Shown: piece after piece, positions 34,930 to 39,032 of the stretch
How positions within the stretch are numbered: position 1 is the stretch's first letter
How the letters are laid out: each line of letters starts with the position of its first letter
NCBI GenBank assembly: GCA_044451405.1
Contig: JBIOKB010000003.1
Location: 1 to 39,032 of the forward strand
DNA from: Candidatus Babeliales bacterium
GTDB taxonomy: Bacteria; Babelota; Babeliae; Babelales; Vermiphilaceae
Direction of reading: 5' to 3'
DNA length: 39,032 nt
The notes under the pieces: model-generated
Databases searched by the model: none
The model's input: only the letters and a program-made list of their open reading frames with translations
What the model was told of the DNA's origin: nothing
Made by a program: the position numbers and the translations under genes

Positions 34930-35066
34930 GATCATCCCTTCCTCTTGTAGGATAGGGAATGACCTATAAAAGTTATTTTGTCTTCGTTTTTAACCCACAC
35001 TTTGTAGGGTCCTATACGGGTAGTCTGTAAAAATATTGGTTAGTGTCGTATGATACTAATAATGTT

Positions 35067-35102
35067 CCCCACAAGTTGACACCATCCTCTTGTGGGGTTT
35101 TT
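35067..35102 (+). terminator. Intrinsic terminator
   Basis: CCCCACAAG/CTTGTGGGG + T5. Confidence 0.75.
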
Positions 35103-35147
35103 GATAGCCTTAAACTCTGTATGCTTTAGCATATATAGTCCTTTTTT

Positions 35148-35179
35148 CCCCAGTGAGAACATTCTCATTGGGGTTTTTT
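35148..35179 (+). terminator. Intrinsic terminator
   Basis: CCCCAGTGAGAA/TTCTCATTGGGG + T6. Confidence 0.8.
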
Positions 35180-35180
35180 A

Positions 35181-35209
35181 TTGAATGCGAAAATTGAGGT
35201 TCATACAAT
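35181..35209 (+). promoter_or_regulatory. Putative late promoter for portal operon
   Basis: TTGAAT-17nt-TACAAT; same 18-mer as 2189-2206. Confidence 0.7.
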
Positions 35210-35312
35210 CGCTTTGTAGTCAGTGAAGCGATGAAGATTCAAGACCTCCTATAAGTTAATAAGTCTCATGCGGCATTCCCTGACTACCCTTATTACTATT
35301 AAGGGAGAATGA

Positions 35313-37370
35313 ATGCTATTTCCTCAACTTGGGCCACAGTACCTCGACGATAAAGATCGCGCTATTCTTGCGCGCATGGAATCTTTTTATGCAGAAAGTA
35401 TCACAATAAACCAATCTTTTTGGGGTGAAGCTGATACTGACACTCGTTTCTATACCGGTGATCAAACACTCTGGAATGATCTGTATGGTAACCTGCCTGC
35501 AAATCGACGTAGGCAATTTAGCTTTAATCGTATTATGCGTGTAGTGAATATGATTCATGGCCATCAGTGTCGGAATCGTAAATCCATAATTGCTACCGGT
35601 GTAGAAAATGCCGATGCAAAGACCGCAGATCAATTTACAAAAATAATTCTGAATATAAATCAGCAAGAAAATGTCCTTGAAACAATATCCACCGCTTTTC
35701 GTGGTGCATTAGTCACTGGCATGAATCTGCTCCAAATATGGGTAGATTATCGACAGGATCCTGTTTCAGGAAACATAAAAGTAGATTACCTACCATATAA
35801 CGCATTCCTCATAGACCCGTTTTTTACCAAGCACGACTTATCTGATTGCAATTCATTGTGGACACGCAAATTCCTCACTAAACGTGAATGCATCGCTTTA
35901 TTGTCTGAACATGTTGAAGAAATAATGGGACTATCTGGCAATGATTCTGGTAACGGTAGGGACGGAAAATTTCAATTTGCTCCCCAGAGCTACAATTACG
36001 GAATGAAAAATCTATTAACGTACGATGAATACTATTATCGCACCTATCGTACGCAGCAAATGCTCGTTGATTCTCAAACGGGTGAAACAATGGAGTGGAA
36101 ATCAAATAATGAAGAAGGATTGAAGCAATTTCTACAAATGTACCCTTCAGTAACGATCATTGAGCAAGAAATTCCAACGGTGAATGTTGCTCTCGTGGTA
36201 CAAGGAAAGGTAATGTACGATGGTCCGAATCCACTTGGTATCGACTCATACCCCTTTGTCCCAGTTTGGGCTTACTACGAACCGCAAAGTCCGTATTTCC
36301 CGTGGCGTATTCAAGGGGTCGTTCGCGGTCTCCGTGACGCCCAATATCTCTATAATCGTCGTAAAGCGATAGAACTCGATATCCTTGAAAGCCAAATTAA
36401 TTCAGGTTTTAAGTTCAAAGAAAATGCGCTCGTTAACCCGCGCGATGTGTGGGAACAACAAGGGCAAGGTCGTGGTGTAGCTATTAAAGAAGAAGCTCAG
36501 ATGACTGATGTGGAACAAATCCTTCCTCCACAAGTTCCTCCGTCCATGATTGAACTATCCAAGATTCTTGCTGAAGAAATTAGCCAAATATCCGGCGTCA
36601 ACGAAGAATTGCTTGGTTCAGCAATGGATGATAAAGCAGGCATACTTTCTATGTTGCGCCAAGGCGCAGGTCTTACAACACTCCAAGGTCTATTTGATAA
36701 CCTCGATAATGCTCAAAAAACATTGGGCAAACTCATGATCGATATTATCCAGACCAATTATACGCCCGGTAAAGTGAAAAAGATTTTAGAGGGTGAAGAG
36801 CCACAACCGCAATTCTATAACAAAGCATTTGGCGTCTATCATGCCGTTGTAGAAGATGGCCTCAATTCATCTACTCAAAAACAAATGCAGTTCGCGCAAA
36901 TGTTGCAGCTGCGTGAAGTTGGCGTTCCAATTACTGATGAGGATCTTCTTGAAGCAGCTACTCTACAAGGCAAGAGCGACATGGTCGAAAATATGCAGGC
37001 ACAGAAACAACAAGCTATGCAGATGCAAATGCAACAAATGCAATTGGATATGCAGGAACAGATGGCGAATATTGATCTGGCTAAAGCACGGGCGACAGCT
37101 GATGAAGGTCTTGGCGTTGAACGTTATTCACGTGTGCAAGAAAATCAAGCGTTAGCGCGTGAACGTGATGCAGCTGCTGAAAAAGATCATGAAATTGGCG
37201 TGCTGAATGTAATAAAAGCACTTAAAGAAATAGACAGCATTGATATAGATCAGATGAACAAATTAATAGCGCTATCGCATCTTTTAAAGCAACACGAAAT
37301 GAATCAGCAAAAGCATGAAAAAGAAATGGCGATACCGAGTCCAGTAAATAATGCCATGGTGGCACAGTAA
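35313..37370 (+). CDS. Portal protein (P22-like)
   Basis: 685 aa; D.RFYTGDQ…FN.I..VVN.I.G, YPFVPVW…GVVR.LRDAQ..YN.R, ISGVN.E.LG, Gln/Met-rich barrel helix; downstream of TerL. Confidence 0.9.
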   Translation: MLFPQLGPQYLDDKDRAILARMESFYAESITINQSFWGEADTDTRFYTGDQTLWNDLYGNLPANRRRQFSFNRIMRVVNMIHGHQCRNRKSIIATGVENADAKTADQFTKIILNINQQENVLETISTAFRGALVTGMNLLQIWVDYRQDPVSGNIKVDYLPYNAFLIDPFFTKHDLSDCNSLWTRKFLTKRECIALLSEHVEEIMGLSGNDSGNGRDGKFQFAPQSYNYGMKNLLTYDEYYYRTYRTQQMLVDSQTGETMEWKSNNEEGLKQFLQMYPSVTIIEQEIPTVNVALVVQGKVMYDGPNPLGIDSYPFVPVWAYYEPQSPYFPWRIQGVVRGLRDAQYLYNRRKAIELDILESQINSGFKFKENALVNPRDVWEQQGQGRGVAIKEEAQMTDVEQILPPQVPPSMIELSKILAEEISQISGVNEELLGSAMDDKAGILSMLRQGAGLTTLQGLFDNLDNAQKTLGKLMIDIIQTNYTPGKVKKILEGEEPQPQFYNKAFGVYHAVVEDGLNSSTQKQMQFAQMLQLREVGVPITDEDLLEAATLQGKSDMVENMQAQKQQAMQMQMQQMQLDMQEQMANIDLAKARATADEGLGVERYSRVQENQALARERDAAAEKDHEIGVLNVIKALKEIDSIDIDQMNKLIALSHLLKQHEMNQQKHEKEMAIPSPVNNAMVAQ

Positions 37371-37427
37371 GAGGATTATAAACCTTGCAACACATAATGT
37401 GGCTTGCAGTTACTATAAGGAACGATT

Positions 37428-37700
37428 ATGGCAAAAAGACATCACAGCGCGCGTCATGGTGACGGACACTATGAAGGGCATGAAGGCAAACGCCGTCAGG
37501 AAATGATGGATGGTAGCATGATCAAAGAAGATCATTCAGCTATTGCTAATATGCCGCAAGGCGTGATTATGCGTGAATATCCAAAAGTATCGCATTATAC
37601 CCCTGAAAATCTTGATGACACTATGAAGGGCATTGATCATCAAATGGATTCTCTTGATGGTGCTAAAGAGAAATCTCATATGCATCCAAAAAAGGTGTAA
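37428..37700 (+). CDS. Small His/Met-rich head-region protein
   Basis: AAGGA RBS; paralogous to 37963..38154. Confidence 0.7.
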   Translation: MAKRHHSARHGDGHYEGHEGKRRQEMMDGSMIKEDHSAIANMPQGVIMREYPKVSHYTPENLDDTMKGIDHQMDSLDGAKEKSHMHPKKV

Positions 37701-37702
37701 CT

Positions 37703-37855
37703 ATGCCTATGATGCCACGCCCTAAAGGCAAAGCACGCGCAATATGTTTTAGGATATTAGGAATTCCTCAAAACATGCAAAAACGTAAGCATAGTGAAGT
37801 TGAAAAGAAGATTAATGAACGGCTTCTTTTTGAAGAAACTTCACGTGCTCGATAA
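37703..37855 (+). CDS. 50-aa basic protein (not in ORF track)
   Basis: MPMMPRPKGKARAICFRILGIP…; AAGGTG upstream; starts just after previous stop. Confidence 0.55.
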   Translation: MPMMPRPKGKARAICFRILGIPQNMQKRKHSEVEKKINERLLFEETSRAR

Positions 37856-37897
37856 GACTTCATTACCTGGGAAAGCGGTGTAGCTTTCTTAAATCCT

Positions 37898-37940
37898 TGC
37901 ACGAAAGAGAGAGTTCACGTCATTCGCTCTCTTTCGTGCA
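37898..37940. terminator. Long intergenic hairpin
   Basis: TGCACGAAAGAGAG/CTCTCTTTCGTGCA 14-bp stem. Confidence 0.5.
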
Positions 37941-37962
37941 GAGAAACAAATAAGGAATAGTA

Positions 37963-38154
37963 ATGTTTGTAATACGAGAACGAATACCAAAAGTAGATCC
38001 ACGCAGACGCCAAGAACGAGCTGATGCAGCCATGATATCAGAAGGTGAGATGGCACCAGCTAACATGCCTACTCAAGCATCACACCACACCTTTAATGCA
38101 TGGAAATACCCAGAACGATTAGCTATGTATGACCAATCTGAAGGACAGGATTAA
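37963..38154 (+). CDS. Small head-region protein
   Basis: TAAGGA RBS; RRQE..D..MI.E…ANMP shared with 37428..37700. Confidence 0.65.
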   Translation: MFVIRERIPKVDPRRRQERADAAMISEGEMAPANMPTQASHHTFNAWKYPERLAMYDQSEGQD

Positions 38155-38156
38155 CT

Positions 38157-38510
38157 ATGAAGTATCCATCCAAATGTAAGTTGGAGAAAGTTGTGAAACA
38201 CCTCAAGAAAGATGTAAAAAAAGCCAAAGCTTCAAAAGTACATAAAGCCAAAAAGGTGCATGTCAAAAAGGCTCATTCAAAAGCTGTTTCTAAAGCAATG
38301 AAACATCCTGATAAATTGGGTGCTGGGGCTAAAAAAAGAAAGCATCTAAAAGGCAAAAGCAAAGTTGAAGTTGTCATGAAAGAATTTAAAAGAGGCACGC
38401 TTCGCTCTGGTGGTTCTGGTAAACATGTAACAAATCCAAAACAAGCGATCGCTATAGGTCTTTCAGAAGCACGTAAAGCTGGTGCTAAGATTCCTAAGAA
38501 AAAGAAGTAA
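38157..38510 (+). CDS. Lys-rich histone-like protein with DUF6496-type C-terminus
   Basis: KV..VMKEFK.GTLRSG.SG..VTNPKQAIAIGLSEARKAGAKIPKK. Confidence 0.8.
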   Translation: MKYPSKCKLEKVVKHLKKDVKKAKASKVHKAKKVHVKKAHSKAVSKAMKHPDKLGAGAKKRKHLKGKSKVEVVMKEFKRGTLRSGGSGKHVTNPKQAIAIGLSEARKAGAKIPKKKK

Positions 38511-38512
38511 TT

Positions 38513-38989
38513 ATGACAGAGAAAAAGGACACGGTCGGAGCGATTGCATCCGACCTTCTTTTAAAAGCAGATACACCGGATCATTCGGTAACTGAACAGA
38601 TGCGTGAGCAACTTGATAAGTATGACGAGAATCTTATTGAGTGCGTGGAAAAATCTAAAAAAGAATATGCAGGTGACTTTTACGTGGTAGTAATCACTAA
38701 AAAAGAGCGATTGCTTGAGAACGTAATCCGCAATTATTTCTTTTCCCGTCAGTCCTGTCCTACTCCTGATTGGGATCAAACAGTCTATTACGTATCCAGA
38801 TATGCAATTGAATATATGTGGTGCATCCCCTCACGAGAAATATGCCAAGAATTTATTCATAATCCGCTATTCGTACCCGATGAAGAAAAAGAATTGCTGA
38901 AACATGTGCTCGATTTCAATGATGGCACGTTATTTCGACTAGCAAAGAAATTAAATGGTGAAGAGTTAGCAAGTCCATTATTAATATAG
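38513..38989 (+). CDS. Conserved phage head-region protein preceding scaffold gene
   Basis: 158 aa; homologous to 6..443; followed by the start of the scaffold gene. Confidence 0.8.
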   Translation: MTEKKDTVGAIASDLLLKADTPDHSVTEQMREQLDKYDENLIECVEKSKKEYAGDFYVVVITKKERLLENVIRNYFFSRQSCPTPDWDQTVYYVSRYAIEYMWCIPSREICQEFIHNPLFVPDEEKELLKHVLDFNDGTLFRLAKKLNGEELASPLLI

Positions 38990-39032
38990 GAGAGTGAAGC
39001 ATGTCAGGTTTTGATATTAAATATGATAAAAA

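Larger units (their letters stand above)
34688..35044 (+). ncRNA. Candidate large structured ncRNA with YAAG repeat tract, enclosing a tRNA
   Basis: Long-range helices ACTAAC/GTTAGT, TACAGAC/GTCTGTA, CCTGCAAAG/CTTTGTAGG. No credible ORF; followed by two terminators. Confidence 0.55.

Noticed and set aside
1-39032. Stop-codon reassignment
   Set aside because: Long genes are intact in the standard code, TAA, TAG and TGA all end genes, and no suppressor anticodon is seen.

Overview
This window is an essentially complete ~38.5-kb tailed phage genome with podovirus-like organisation. It closes on itself through a 79-bp exact overlap (408-486 = 38954-39032). Bases 1-407 are a diverged second copy or allele of the last gene. 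The modules are: portal (35313), small basic head-region proteins, scaffold, an N4-gp56-like major capsid gene split by a 380-nt group I intron (2581-2960), adaptor/nozzle and ejection proteins, a reverse-strand regulatory cassette, tail fibres (C1q and S74 chaperone domains), an ERF recombination unit, an HTH replication initiator, TerS, accessory genes (GroES, SPFH, Fic, DUF551) and TerL. I recognise no integrase, DNA polymerase, helicase or intact endolysin. Least explained features: (i) a DIP1984-like coiled-coil gene followed by ~750 nt of structured non-coding sequence with boxA-like sites, three aberrant tRNA-like cloverleaves and a helix-closed RNA carrying ~10 periodic YAAG repeats (candidate protein-ncRNA system); (ii) three tandem covarying mini-pseudoknots in the capsid leader; (iii) a shared late-promoter motif GCGAAARTTGAG; (iv) several nuclease-fold proteins with substituted catalytic residues; (v) a small Cys-rich protein carrying two copies of the capsid peptide RMRRY. 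All family calls are by eye from motifs and gene order; no database searches were run.
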